Source: Halanaerobiaceae bacterium | GTDB taxonomy: Bacteria; Bacillota; Halanaerobiia; Halanaerobiales; DTU029 | NCBI GenBank assembly: GCA_012521855.1 | Contig: JAAYLO010000162.1 | Coordinates: 1-49,419, forward strand | Direction of reading: 5' to 3' | DNA length: 49,419 bases | Shown here: in pieces, positions 1 through 9,540 of the stretch | How positions within the stretch are numbered: the stretch's first letter is position 1 | Layout of the letters: the number at the start of each line of letters is the position of its first letter | Notes under the pieces: model-generated | The model's database searches: none | Seen by the model: the letters and a program-made list of their open reading frames with translations, nothing else | What the model was told of the DNA's origin: nothing | Translations under genes and position numbers: made by a program

Positions 1-19
1 GTTGTATAATAGTATTCAT
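1..19 (-). CDS. 5' end of an unidentified CDS running off the left edge (MNTIIQ...)
   Basis: ATG at 19..17 on the minus strand, with GGAG (30..27) 7 nt upstream. Only 6 codons are visible. Confidence 0.3.
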
Positions 20-83
20 AAGAAGACTCCTTTCTAAATGTTTTGTTTGTCACTTAACATTTTATCAAATACGGAGTCTTCTT
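20..83 (-). promoter_or_regulatory. 5'-leader stem-loop that sequesters the RBS of the left-edge gene
   Basis: An 11-bp perfect inverted repeat: aagaagactcc (20..30) with ggagtcttctt (73..83). A nested 7-bp stem pairs aaatgtt (36..42) with aacattt (56..62). In the minus-strand RNA the 3' arm contains the GGAG and abuts the ATG. Confidence 0.5.
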
Positions 84-128
84 TCTATTTTATTTTAATA
101 TTTCTCCAAAACTTATTTTACACTAACT

Positions 129-809
129 TCAGATAACAAGTTCACCCGCAAACTCTACCTTGGCCAGATCAGCCCTTATATACATTTTTTCAATACCAAT
201 CGGGATCTTATTTAATAACACCATTCTTTTATTAAGAATAATATTATCGACACCTTGAAAATGCCTGTTAACAGGTTCTGACGGGCTTTCAATAGTGATG
301 ATATTATTCATAAACTGAAGATTATTGATCCCTTTCCTGCCCAGCAAATCATATACAGATTCCAGATTCTCCAATCTTTCCCTGTTGATATCTCTTTCCA
401 TATATGTTATCAATTCATGAATACAATAAGGCTTATCATCAACTGACTGGATCTGAAAAATACGCACCAGCTCATCACTTTCACGGAAACGCTCAATATC
501 CGGATAAAGATTCTCATCAGCTTTTTCAATCTCAATTTTGCTGGTAACCAGACTATTATAACTATATTCATCCCGCAAACTAACTTTTGCCTGTAATTCA
601 CTATGCTCATCACTCTTCAGCCTTTTCTCCATATTTCTGGCATACTTTTCCCTTAATTTCATCAAGGATATATTGGCCTCAGACAAAATTGTCCTTACAT
701 ATCTGGGTGTTGTCTGCACATATTCTGCAATGTCACTGATCTTCAAAAATGGATCACTCTGGGCGAAATTAATGATCTGTTCTTTTTTTGTTAATTCTTC
801 AATTGCCAT
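129..809 (-). CDS. HTH transcriptional regulator with a UTRA-like C-terminal domain, paralog A
   Basis: The ORF track gives 129..842. I prefer the ATG at 809 because GAGGGGGGA lies 7 nt upstream. The N-terminus (DPFLKISDIAEYVQTTPRYVRTILSEANISLMKLREKYAR) reads as a winged-HTH and is shared with the neighbouring ORF. Family assignment is inference. Confidence 0.75.
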   Translation of the reverse strand: MAIEELTKKEQIINFAQSDPFLKISDIAEYVQTTPRYVRTILSEANISLMKLREKYARNMEKRLKSDEHSELQAKVSLRDEYSYNSLVTSKIEIEKADENLYPDIERFRESDELVRIFQIQSVDDKPYCIHELITYMERDINRERLENLESVYDLLGRKGINNLQFMNNIITIESPSEPVNRHFQGVDNIILNKRMVLLNKIPIGIEKMYIRADLAKVEFAGELVI

Positions 810-864
810 TACAAATCCCCCCTCTTTTCTTGTATTACTCATATTATAAACAGTAATTTAAAAT

Positions 865-893
865 ATTATACATAAATAAGAAAACTGAGGTAA
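865..893 (-). promoter_or_regulatory. candidate sigma-70 promoter for paralog A
   Basis: Minus strand reads TTACCT, 17 nt, TATAAT (plus aggtaa 888..893 and attata 865..870). The -35 element is weak. Confidence 0.35.
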
Positions 894-897
894 GATT

Positions 898-929
898 TTT
901 AAAAAAAATAAACACCCCCGGAGAGGTGT
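898..929 (-). terminator. Rho-independent terminator after paralog B
   Basis: Minus strand reads ACACCTC-tccg-GGGGGTGT (plus 912..929), followed by ttattttttttaaaaa. Confidence 0.7.
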
Positions 930-961
930 AAAAACATTCTCTATTTTTCAGTATTATTCAG

Positions 962-1669
962 TCAGCTCTCTTTGTGATTGATTATAAGCCCGCCATTATG
1001 GGACAAAGAAAAAGAAATTTGACGGGCATTAAAATAAATCAGAACTAAAGCTGCTATATCACCATTTGAGGAAAGCATTTGTTTTAATCTTAAAACAGGA
1101 CAGAAGTTATTAATCTTCAAGTGTTTACCCAACTGCTCTGTCGATAAATCTACAGTAAATTCTATACTGGAAAGATCAGCTCTTTTCGCTGATATTATTC
1201 TATTCATCATTTCTATTAGTTCAGGCATTGATAAAAGTTCTTTATCTGAGCTGAAAATAAAATTGTCTAAAAAAACAGTAGCTAAAGCCCAACACCTGTT
1301 TCTATACATATATTTATAGGACCTGTAATAAAATCTTTCCTGAATATGATCTGCTATATCATTTATATCCTGGGAATTATTCAATAACAACTCATCAACT
1401 TCCTCAATGTTTTCCACTGATAGGAATGGTGTTTTCAGGAAACAGCTTAATACCATTCTCTCCAAAGGATTGTATTCCCGGTCCTCTATTTTACGGGCAT
1501 ATTCTTTTCTCAATTCCATCAATGAAATCTTTGATTCTGATAATATCGTACGGACATATTTTGAGGTCGTACCAGCCATCCGGGCCAGTTCCTCTATCTT
1601 GAAGAAAGGATCAAGATAAGCATTTTCAATAATTACATCCTTTTTGGATTTATAATTAATATTCACCAT
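962..1669 (-). CDS. HTH transcriptional regulator with a UTRA-like C-terminal domain, paralog B
   Basis: The ORF track gives 962..1675 from a TTG. I prefer the ATG at 1669, preceded by GGAGttgagg. The N-terminus (DPFFKIEELARMAGTTSKYVRTILSESKISLMELRKEYAR) aligns with paralog A. The C-terminus (IEFTVDLSTEQLGKHLKINNFCPVLRLKQM...ALVLIYFNARQISF) resembles HutC-type UTRA effector domains. That resemblance is inference. Confidence 0.75.
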   Translation of the reverse strand: MVNINYKSKKDVIIENAYLDPFFKIEELARMAGTTSKYVRTILSESKISLMELRKEYARKIEDREYNPLERMVLSCFLKTPFLSVENIEEVDELLLNNSQDINDIADHIQERFYYRSYKYMYRNRCWALATVFLDNFIFSSDKELLSMPELIEMMNRIISAKRADLSSIEFTVDLSTEQLGKHLKINNFCPVLRLKQMLSSNGDIAALVLIYFNARQISFSLSHNGGLIINHKES

Positions 1670-1689
1670 CCTCAACTCCTATACTTATC

Positions 1690-1707
1690 TGATATCTGTT
1701 GATATCA
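1690..1707. promoter_or_regulatory. perfect inverted repeat TGATATC-tgtt-GATATCA, a candidate operator upstream of paralog B
   Basis: Read directly from the sequence. It lies between the upstream ATPase gene stop (1719) and the RBS of the 962..1669 gene. Confidence 0.35.
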
Positions 1708-1718
1708 TTAATAATCTC

Positions 1719-2723
1719 TTACTGGTCCAGCAAATGACAGGAGGCAAAGTGCCCCGGAGTGTATTCTTTAAGCACAGGTGTTTTTTCCCTACAGATATCT
1801 TTTGCCATGGGACAGCGGGGATGAAAGTGACATCCAGCAGGCGGATCCACGGGACTTGGAACATCGCCTTCCAGTATTATCCTTTCCTTCTTTTTACCGG
1901 GTTCTGGCAGAGGAATTGCAGATAATAAAGAGCGGGTATAAGGATGCAGCGGGTTATCATATAAATCATATTTGCCTGTAATCTCCACAATCTTTCCAAG
2001 ATACATTACAGCAACCCGGTTACTGATATGCTTAACTACACTCAAATCATGAGCGATAAACAAATAAGTCAGGCCGAATTCTTCCTGTAATTCCTGCAGC
2101 AAATTTATTACCTGTGCCTGAATCGAAACATCAAGTGCTGACACAGGTTCATCAGCAATAATCAGTTTGGGGCCAACTGCCAGTGCCCGTGCTATACCAA
2201 TTCTCTGCCTCTGGCCTCCGCTGAATTCATGAGGAAACCGGCTCATCTGGTCAGCTGTCAGGCCTACATTCTCCAGTAGTTCAACAACCTTTTCTTTTTT
2301 CTCCTTTTTGCTGCTAACCATTTTATGGATTACCAGGGGCTCTCCTACTATCTCTTCTACAGTCATACGGGGATTCAATGATGCATATGGATCCTGAAAA
2401 ATTATCTGCATCTCTTTCCGAATTTCCCGCATCTCCCTCCTGTTCAGGGCCAGTATATCTTTACCCCCAAAAATCACTTCCCCGTCTGTTGCATCCAGCA
2501 GCCTTAATATAACTGCACCAGTTGTTGATTTTCCGCAACCTGATTCGCCGACTAAACCCAGTGTTTCCCCTTCTCTTATATAAAAACTGACATCATCAAC
2601 GGCCTTTACATAGCCCGTTGTTTTTCTGAAAACACCCGTTTTTACTGGAAAGTATTTCTTCAGGTTTTTTACCTCTAAAATCTTTTTTTCTTCTCCCAAG
2701 AAATTCACCTCATTTCTTATCAA
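1719..2723 (-). CDS. Opp/Dpp-type oligopeptide ABC transporter ATP-binding protein (OppF-like)
   Basis: Walker [10 protein letters not shown], signature FSGGQRQR and Walker B LIIADEP, plus the C-terminal Cys/His oligopeptide-ABC tail (CHFHPRCP). The start is uncertain: TTG at 2723 overlaps the upstream stop, and a TTG at 2699 has a better GAGGTG RBS. Confidence 0.9.
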   Translation of the reverse strand: MIRNEVNFLGEEKKILEVKNLKKYFPVKTGVFRKTTGYVKAVDDVSFYIREGETLGLVGESGCGKSTTGAVILRLLDATDGEVIFGGKDILALNRREMREIRKEMQIIFQDPYASLNPRMTVEEIVGEPLVIHKMVSSKKEKKEKVVELLENVGLTADQMSRFPHEFSGGQRQRIGIARALAVGPKLIIADEPVSALDVSIQAQVINLLQELQEEFGLTYLFIAHDLSVVKHISNRVAVMYLGKIVEITGKYDLYDNPLHPYTRSLLSAIPLPEPGKKKERIILEGDVPSPVDPPAGCHFHPRCPMAKDICREKTPVLKEYTPGHFASCHLLDQ

Positions 2724-3748
2724 AACTCACCTTTATTTCTTAAGTCATCTATCTCTTCGGAATACCAGCATCTTGTTGTATGCCCTTCTTCAATTTCAAT
2801 AAGCCCGGGTTCCCCGGCAAAACATCTTTCCCTGGCCAAAGGACACCTTGTATTATATCTACAGCCTGCAGGATAGTTGGACGAGTCTGGAACAACACCT
2901 GGAATTGCAAGAAGTTTATCGACATCTTTATCAAGACGCGGAATGGAATTCAATAAACCCCAGGTATATGGGTGGCGGGGGTTGTCAAATAATGTTTTAA
3001 CATCCGTATATTCTACCACTTTTCCGGCATACATAACCGCAACACGGTCAGACACTTCAGCTATTACCCCCAGATCATGTGTTATCATCATTACGGACAT
3101 ATTGAATTTTTCCTTCAGGTCTTCCATCAGATCAAGTATCTGGGCCTGGATGGTAACATCCAGGGCTGTTGTAGGCTCATCCGCTATCAATAATTCCGGA
3201 TTACAGGACAGGGCCATGGCAATCATTACCCTCTGCCTCATACCCCCGCTTAATTGATGGGGATATTCATGAAACCGCTGCTCCGGTAAAGGAATGCCAA
3301 CTTTACGGAGCATATCTATTGCCTGTTCCATGGCCTCTTTTTTACTCGCTTTTTTATGCAGCATGATGGCTTCTGATATCTGATAACCTACAGTAAATAC
3401 GGGATTCAGGGAAGTCATCGGTTCCTGAAAAATCATGGATATTTCGTTTCCCCTTACTTTTCTCATCTCATCCTGACTTAATTTAGTGAGATCTTTGCCT
3501 TTAAATAATATCTCTCCTCCTACTATCCTGCCAGGTGGTTCCTGTATCAATCTCATGATGGAAAGTGAGGTTATACTCTTTCCACATCCTGATTCTCCAA
3601 CAATACCAAGGGTTTCACCAGGATATATTTCCAGACTGACTCCGTCAACAGCCTTTGATATACCGTTTTCTGTATAAAAATAAGTTTTTAAATCTCTCAC
3701 TTCAAGCAATTTCTCTCTATCCAAATGACTCACCTTCTTTCTTGTCAT
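2720..3748 (-). CDS. Opp/Dpp-type oligopeptide ABC transporter ATP-binding protein (OppD-like)
   Basis: [16 protein letters not shown] and [12 protein letters not shown] motifs. I prefer the ATG at 3748 ([17 protein letters not shown]...) because the 3799 start would overlap the permease gene by 47 nt. Confidence 0.9.
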   Translation of the reverse strand: MTRKKVSHLDREKLLEVRDLKTYFYTENGISKAVDGVSLEIYPGETLGIVGESGCGKSITSLSIMRLIQEPPGRIVGGEILFKGKDLTKLSQDEMRKVRGNEISMIFQEPMTSLNPVFTVGYQISEAIMLHKKASKKEAMEQAIDMLRKVGIPLPEQRFHEYPHQLSGGMRQRVMIAMALSCNPELLIADEPTTALDVTIQAQILDLMEDLKEKFNMSVMMITHDLGVIAEVSDRVAVMYAGKVVEYTDVKTLFDNPRHPYTWGLLNSIPRLDKDVDKLLAIPGVVPDSSNYPAGCRYNTRCPLARERCFAGEPGLIEIEEGHTTRCWYSEEIDDLRNKGEF

Positions 3749-3752
3749 TTTC

Positions 3753-4640
3753 TCAGGACTGCATTTTCGGATCAAGTATATCTCTAAAAGCATCACCAAT
3801 TAAATTCCAGGACAAACAGAATAATGTTATAGCAGTTCCGGGAATAAGCACTGTAAACCAATATTTCAGGGCATTACCCTGGGTACCCAGTATCCAGTTC
3901 CGTGCATAAGAAATCATCTGTCCCCAGTCAGCGTATCCTTCTGGAGTACCTATACCCAGAAAACTAAGGGTAGATGCAGTAATTACAATTGAACCCATAT
4001 TCATAGAGGCCTGGATCAGGACAGGAAAAATGGTATTTACAATAATATGCTTAAAAATTATCCTGAAATCATTTGCCCCTAATGCCCTTGCAGCCTGTAC
4101 AAATTCTTCATTTTTTATAGAAAGGACCTGTGAACGCATTAACCGTGCCGTTGACATCCAGTTGAAAGTAATCAAGGCAATCATAATATTACCGAGACCC
4201 CTGCCGAGAATTGTTGTCATAACAATGGCAGCAATAGTAAAGGGTATTGACATAAAGATATCAGTAACCCGCATAATGATTTCATCTATCCATCCACCGT
4301 AATATGCGGAAATAGTTCCTAAAATTATCCCGATTAAAGAACTGATACCAACAACTGTAAAACCAATGATGAAAGCAGTCCTGCTTCCCCAGATAATCCC
4401 ATAAAAAATATCATACTGTCCCTCAGCTGTACCAAATATGTGTTCCCTGCTCGGAGGTTTTGGTTCATTACCCCAGCCTGCCCTGGGAATATAATAAGGC
4501 TGATCAGGATTCTGGGGAGGGGCTATCCATGGTGCAAATATAGCGATTAAACCCAATACTATTATAATTACCAAGCCAATCAGGGAAATCTTATTCTTCA
4601 ATAATTTATATACAATCTCTTGCCATTCCAACCATATCAC
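3753..4640 (-). CDS. Opp/Dpp-type ABC transporter permease (OppC-like)
   Basis: Multi-pass membrane protein with a BPD-transporter EAA-like region ([17 protein letters not shown]). The GTG start forms a GTGA overlap with the upstream stop. Confidence 0.9.
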   Translation of the reverse strand: MIWLEWQEIVYKLLKNKISLIGLVIIIVLGLIAIFAPWIAPPQNPDQPYYIPRAGWGNEPKPPSREHIFGTAEGQYDIFYGIIWGSRTAFIIGFTVVGISSLIGIILGTISAYYGGWIDEIIMRVTDIFMSIPFTIAAIVMTTILGRGLGNIMIALITFNWMSTARLMRSQVLSIKNEEFVQAARALGANDFRIIFKHIIVNTIFPVLIQASMNMGSIVITASTLSFLGIGTPEGYADWGQMISYARNWILGTQGNALKYWFTVLIPGTAITLFCLSWNLIGDAFRDILDPKMQS

Positions 4641-5674
4641 TCCAATCTAATTCTGGGGTCTATCAGTGCATATGAAACATCAACAATCAGGTTTATAATT
4701 ATCAATATAAAGCCAAAATAAATAGCACCGCCAAGTACTCCAGCGTAATCGAGCTGTTGTGCAGCATCTGCCAGAAACTTTCCCATACCCCTGATATCAA
4801 AGATTGATTCCACAACTACCAGCCCGCCCATCAGGCCGATGACCATCTGGCCGGAAACTGTAACAACCGGTATCAGTGCATTTCTAACCGCATGTTTATA
4901 AATAAGTGTTCTTTCTTTCAGGCCTTTGGACCGGGCTGTCCTTATATATTCCTTCTGTAATGTTTCAAGCATACTGGATCTGGTAATCCTCATTAAAAAA
5001 GCCCACCATAATATAGAAATAGAAAAAACAGGAGCGACAAGATGACGCAGGGCATTTAATAAAACAGGAAAATTCAAGTTCAAAATACTATCAAGAACAT
5101 AAAGCCCGGTATAATTAGTAAATTCAGGAGAATTAACAATACTCAATGCCCAGTTATCGAGTCTTCCAGGAGGAAACCAGCCTAGAACGCCATAAAAGAT
5201 CATTAGAACAATTAATCCAAAAACAAATGTAGGAAAAGACCATCCTATTATAGATAAAATTCTGCTAATATGGTCCCAGGGATCATTATGATGAACTGCT
5301 GCAAAAATACCAAGTAAAACACCGCCAAGTATAACCGGTAATAGGGCAAAAAGAGTTATTTCAAAAGTTGCAGCAAAACGTTCCCTGATAGCCTGAGTAA
5401 CTGGCGCCCCAGCTGATTCAGACCAGCCGAAATCACCCCTTACAGCATTACCCAGCCAGCGGCCATACTGCTGATACCAGGGATCATTCAGGCCATGTTT
5501 TTCAATCAGTGCATCCAGTTGTGCCACACCGCCCTTTAGCTGGGCGGGATCCTTGACATAAGCACTTACCCTTTCATAAGGACTTAAACTCATTATCATG
5601 CTGAATATTAATAATGTAACGCCCAGTAAAATAATAGGCAGAATAAGAATACGTCTTACTATATATGAAAACAT
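4637..5674 (-). CDS. Opp/Dpp-type ABC transporter permease (OppB-like)
   Basis: N-terminus MFSYIVRRILILPIILLGVTLLIF and an EAA region (YIRTARSKGLKERTLIYKHAVRNA), both typical of OppB/DppB. GGAAGGGA RBS. Confidence 0.9.
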   Translation of the reverse strand: MFSYIVRRILILPIILLGVTLLIFSMIMSLSPYERVSAYVKDPAQLKGGVAQLDALIEKHGLNDPWYQQYGRWLGNAVRGDFGWSESAGAPVTQAIRERFAATFEITLFALLPVILGGVLLGIFAAVHHNDPWDHISRILSIIGWSFPTFVFGLIVLMIFYGVLGWFPPGRLDNWALSIVNSPEFTNYTGLYVLDSILNLNFPVLLNALRHLVAPVFSISILWWAFLMRITRSSMLETLQKEYIRTARSKGLKERTLIYKHAVRNALIPVVTVSGQMVIGLMGGLVVVESIFDIRGMGKFLADAAQQLDYAGVLGGAIYFGFILIIINLIVDVSYALIDPRIRLE

Positions 5675-5723
5675 TATTTATCCCTTCCTGTTACAGTTTA
5701 GACAAAAACACCTTTACATTATG

Positions 5724-5755
5724 TTTGAAAGAGGGGGGATCCCCCCTCTTTCAAA
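5724..5755 (-). other. intercistronic stem-loop between the binding-protein gene and the first permease gene
   Basis: A 32-nt perfect palindrome, tttgaaagagggggg-at-cccccctctttcaaa. No U-tract follows it on the minus strand. Confidence 0.7.
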
Positions 5756-5781
5756 TCAAAAACATATTATTTAAGAAAAGA

Positions 5782-7587
5782 CTACTCCTTATACAGATTA
5801 TAGAAATATAAACCTGGTTCAAGGATAGGATCATAAACAAAGCCTTTTACTTTATCACTGAAGACATAGCTGCCGGTAGGCTGATACAGATAGATATCCA
5901 GTGCATTTTCATAGGCAATATTCTGTAATTGTTTATAAATCTCCAGTCTTCTTTCCGGATCAGCAGTAGAAGCACCTTCATTTACTAAAGGATCAACATT
6001 TTCTCTGGCCCATTTAATATAGTCTTCACCTTTAAATCCTCCAAAGGTCCCATCACTTCTCATATATGGAACTGTAAAGTTGTGCGGGTCAGCATAATCA
6101 GCACCCCAGCCCATAAACCCAAGGGTAAATTGGCCGGCAGACAATTTATCAAGATAAGTTGCCCACTGAATACCACGGACATTTACCTTAAACTTGGGAT
6201 TGATCTGTTCTATATAATACTTGAGCATTTCAACGGCAGTTTTACGCTGATCATTTCCTGTATTGTAAAGCAGTGTAATCTCAAAACCCTTTTCCCACAG
6301 TTCTCCGTTAAAGGCCTTTTTAAATTCTTCTTCAGCCTTAACTAAATCAAATTCATATACAGGAGAATTTTCATCATAGCCAAGGAATGGTTCTGGAATA
6401 GGGCCTCTTCCCTGTTTACCCATACCCTGCACTACTTCATCAATATATATCTGATAAGGCATTGCATAACTGAAGGCCTTTCTGACATGTATATCACTGA
6501 AGAAATTAGAAGGAACACCCTTGCCATCCAGTTTACCACTGTGTACATCAGGGTTACCTTCAGTTACTATATTAAAGTTCATTATGCCGCTGGTATTTGA
6601 AAGACGCGGCAGGTCTTTTACAACATTAACACCATCCATATTTTCAACCTGATTTAGATATTGCAAGTCAACATAAACACAATCTGCATCTCCGCGTTGA
6701 AGATACAATTTACGTGTTGACCACTCATCAACAGACCTGATGATAATAGTCCTGATTCTGGCAGGTTCACGCCAGTAACCTTCAAAAGCAGTTAATACTG
6801 TACGCTCACCATTAATCCACTCTGTCAACTTATATGGACCAGTACCATTCATCTTGTCATAAAGAGGATCTGCCTCTTTTGATGGATCATGATATTTTGC
6901 AATAGATGTAGGTTCTCCATCCCAGTCACCCTGGGCGATAGTCCATTCTTTGTCAAGAATAGCAGAAACCCCGTTATCCCGGACAAGTATACTTAAAAAT
7001 GGAGGATATGGTTCAGGGAGATGGAATATGACATTATTACCATCTATTTCGATGGCCTTTTCCAGATAGGCATATACCTTTGCAGATTGTTCAGGGGTCA
7101 ATTCTTTTGGATCTTCAACCCCTACCAGCTCTTTTGAAATTGATGACAGTGAACTGCCGATTCCAAAAAGCGGTTCATAAAGCATCCAGACAGGCCCGCC
7201 GCTACGTTCCTGAATCAAGGCCCTTAAAAAACTGTATTTAACATCTTCCGGCGTTAAGTCATTACCATTATGAAAAATAACCCCTTCCCGGATCGGGAAT
7301 ACATATGTTTTTCCACCATCTCTTATTAAGCCGTTTTCTACTGAAGGAACTTCTGTAGCCAGTAATGGCTCAAATTCTGTTACACTTCCCGGCTTAAATT
7401 GAATCAGGTTTTCATAAACATTTGCAACAATCTCAGCACTGGCTGAGTCATACTGCCAGTGAGGATCAAGGCTATCAATATTTCCCATGTCAATATCAAC
7501 AAAGGTATCATTACTTACAGCAGAAATAAGACCTGTAACAAATAAAAGCATAAGCATTAATGCAACTACTAAACTTCTTTTACTCAT
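5782..7587 (-). CDS. family-5 (OppA/DppA-like) extracellular solute-binding protein
   Basis: 601 aa with an N-terminal signal/anchor (MSKRSLVVALMLMLLFVTGLISA). The length and position ahead of the BCDF genes fit an SBP. GAGGAGGG RBS. Confidence 0.85.
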   Translation of the reverse strand: MSKRSLVVALMLMLLFVTGLISAVSNDTFVDIDMGNIDSLDPHWQYDSASAEIVANVYENLIQFKPGSVTEFEPLLATEVPSVENGLIRDGGKTYVFPIREGVIFHNGNDLTPEDVKYSFLRALIQERSGGPVWMLYEPLFGIGSSLSSISKELVGVEDPKELTPEQSAKVYAYLEKAIEIDGNNVIFHLPEPYPPFLSILVRDNGVSAILDKEWTIAQGDWDGEPTSIAKYHDPSKEADPLYDKMNGTGPYKLTEWINGERTVLTAFEGYWREPARIRTIIIRSVDEWSTRKLYLQRGDADCVYVDLQYLNQVENMDGVNVVKDLPRLSNTSGIMNFNIVTEGNPDVHSGKLDGKGVPSNFFSDIHVRKAFSYAMPYQIYIDEVVQGMGKQGRGPIPEPFLGYDENSPVYEFDLVKAEEEFKKAFNGELWEKGFEITLLYNTGNDQRKTAVEMLKYYIEQINPKFKVNVRGIQWATYLDKLSAGQFTLGFMGWGADYADPHNFTVPYMRSDGTFGGFKGEDYIKWARENVDPLVNEGASTADPERRLEIYKQLQNIAYENALDIYLYQPTGSYVFSDKVKGFVYDPILEPGLYFYNLYKE

Positions 7588-7776
7588 AAAAATTTTCCCT
7601 CCTCATTTCTAAAATAAAAGCTGTTTAAGAATATTTTGTCTTACCTCTCTAAACTACTTTTTCTACTAAAATACCTGATTATTTCGCCTGTCCATAACAC
7701 CCCCCAATAAAAATTTTTATGCTTTTAAGCAAAAAGCAAGTTAAAAAATTAACAATTATTAACGTTATCTTGAGCG

Positions 7777-7788
7777 TGACATATGTCA
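7777..7788. promoter_or_regulatory. perfect 12-bp palindrome TGACATATGTCA just downstream of the opp promoter, a candidate operator
   Basis: Read directly. It begins 14 nt downstream of the -10 hexamer. Confidence 0.4.
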
Positions 7789-7802
7789 TAAACATATTTT
7801 TA

Positions 7803-7831
7803 ATATTAATATAAATCCATGGAAAAGTCAA
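7803..7831 (-). promoter_or_regulatory. sigma-70 promoter of the opp operon
   Basis: Minus strand reads TTGACT, 17 nt, TAATAT (plus agtcaa 7826..7831 and atatta 7803..7808). It lies about 215 nt upstream of the SBP start. Confidence 0.6.
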
Positions 7832-7884
7832 CATAATTCTTCATGAATTCCTATTTTCCTACTTTTTTCGACATTGTTTTCTGT

Positions 7885-8454
7885 TTAGTCATAGTAATAT
7901 ATTTTCCTGTATTTTTCAGATATCTTTACAACTGATTTTAAATATTTTCTGGTCTCTTCAAAAGGCAGTACATCAATAGATGCAAGGCGGCCATCCCAGT
8001 GCTTATTGTCAAGCCATTTCTTAACATTACCTCTTCCGGCATTATATGCTGCCAGTACAATTATCATCTCCTCAAACTGCCTTTTAAGGTCCGCGAGGTA
8101 CCAACAGCCGCACATTATATTAATCTCCGGATCCAGCAATTTATCTTCTGTAAATCCTGTTAAAGACAATCTGTCAGCAATCCATTTCCCTGTTTCAGGC
8201 ATGATCTGCATTAAACCTAAAGCACCACGATGTGACCTGGCATCAGGTATAAACTTGCTCTCTACATATATGATACCCGCTACCAGAGAAGGATCCAGGC
8301 CGTATTTTCTGGCATTTGACACTATAATATCATCATATTCCAGCGGATAAATCAGGCGCCAGAACCAGTTGCCCCTCAAAGATACCAGAGTGAAAGACAT
8401 AATCAATAATAAGATGAATAAAAAGACCCGTCTTTTCTTGTTCTTATCCACCAT
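7885..8454 (-). CDS. membrane-anchored lytic transglycosylase (SLT domain)
   Basis: N-terminal TM segment and the SLT catalytic motif VESKF...GALGLMQIMPETG...AYNAG. Confidence 0.85.
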   Translation of the reverse strand: MVDKNKKRRVFLFILLLIMSFTLVSLRGNWFWRLIYPLEYDDIIVSNARKYGLDPSLVAGIIYVESKFIPDARSHRGALGLMQIMPETGKWIADRLSLTGFTEDKLLDPEINIMCGCWYLADLKRQFEEMIIVLAAYNAGRGNVKKWLDNKHWDGRLASIDVLPFEETRKYLKSVVKISEKYRKIYYYD

Positions 8455-8542
8455 TTCACCACCGTATTTTTTTATTATATTCTTTGCTGCAAATAGCCGG
8501 CTATTACTAATATACTGATTATTTCTTTAAAATATGAACAGC

Positions 8543-8926
8543 TCATAATTCTTCATTTAAAAGTCCCTGTATAATAAGCTCTGCTGTAGCCAGATTGGTG
8601 GCAAGAGGCGTATTGTGCACATCACAAACCCTGAGTAATGCGGTAATATCGGGTTCATGGGGCTGAGAGGTCAGAGGGTCTCTTAAGAATATTACACCAT
8701 CTATCCTTTCCTTGGCAATCTCTGCACCAATCATCTGATCACCGCCAAGGGGACCTGACTCCATTCTCTCCACTGGCAAACCTACCTGATCTACTATAAG
8801 TTTTCCTGTAGTCCCCGTAGCTACAAGATCGCACTGAATCAGCATATCACGATTCTTTTTTACAAACTCAATCATGTCATTCTTTTTTTTATCATGAGCT
8901 ATTAAAGCAATCCTTTTTCTTTTCAT
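8543..8926 (-). CDS. mgsA: methylglyoxal synthase
   Basis: 127 aa. The sequence [10 protein letters not shown]...LVATGTTG...GPLGGDQ...DPL..QPHEPD is diagnostic of MgsA. GGAGGG RBS. Confidence 0.92.
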   Translation of the reverse strand: MKRKRIALIAHDKKKNDMIEFVKKNRDMLIQCDLVATGTTGKLIVDQVGLPVERMESGPLGGDQMIGAEIAKERIDGVIFLRDPLTSQPHEPDITALLRVCDVHNTPLATNLATAELIIQGLLNEEL

Positions 8927-9506
8927 GTAAAGCCCTCCATTTTTTGTGAACTATTGATTTCAATTGCTTTATACTGCCATTATTATAGATTACAAAATCC
9001 GCCAGCTCTTTCTTTTTTTCCAGCGGCATCTGTGCTTCAATCCTTTTGACTGCCTCCCGGAAGCTTAATTGATCTCTTCCCATAAGCCTCTTCAGCTGTA
9101 TTTCCCTATCCACATATACAAGCCAGGTTTCATCAACTACCCTGTCCAATCCTGTTTCAAATAACAATGGTGCATCAATAATAATAATTCGATATTTATC
9201 CTTCATCTCCTCTATTTTTTCATATATTTCAGCAAGAATAAAGGGATGGGTAATCTCTTCCAGCTCTCTTTTTTTGTCATAATCATTGAATATTATTTCT
9301 GCAAGCCTGGAGCGGTTTATCTCTCCGTCTTCATCCAGGATAATCCTGCCGAAATGTTCTACAATTTTCAGATAAGCAGGTTTATCTCTTTTTATAATGC
9401 TGTGGGCCAGCTGATCTGCATCAATGATATAAGCCCCCAGTTCTCTTAAATAATTACTGACTGTACTCTTACCTGAAGCAATACCACCAGTTAAACCAAT
9501 AATCAT
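8892..9506 (-). CDS. coaE: dephospho-CoA kinase
   Basis: [15 protein letters not shown]-loop and roughly 200 aa CoaE architecture. The 3' end overlaps mgsA by 35 nt. Confidence 0.9.
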   Translation of the reverse strand: MIIGLTGGIASGKSTVSNYLRELGAYIIDADQLAHSIIKRDKPAYLKIVEHFGRIILDEDGEINRSRLAEIIFNDYDKKRELEEITHPFILAEIYEKIEEMKDKYRIIIIDAPLLFETGLDRVVDETWLVYVDREIQLKRLMGRDQLSFREAVKRIEAQMPLEKKKELADFVIYNNGSIKQLKSIVHKKWRALHEKKKDCFNSS

Positions 9507-9540
9507 CTGTCTGCTCCTTTTTTCATTTTTTCATTAGATA

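Noticed and set aside
8892-8926. The 35-nt coaE/mgsA overlap as a sign of a frameshift or fusion.
   Set aside because: Both proteins have normal lengths and intact motifs, and mgsA has its own GGAGGG RBS inside the coaE tail. This is an ordinary overlap.
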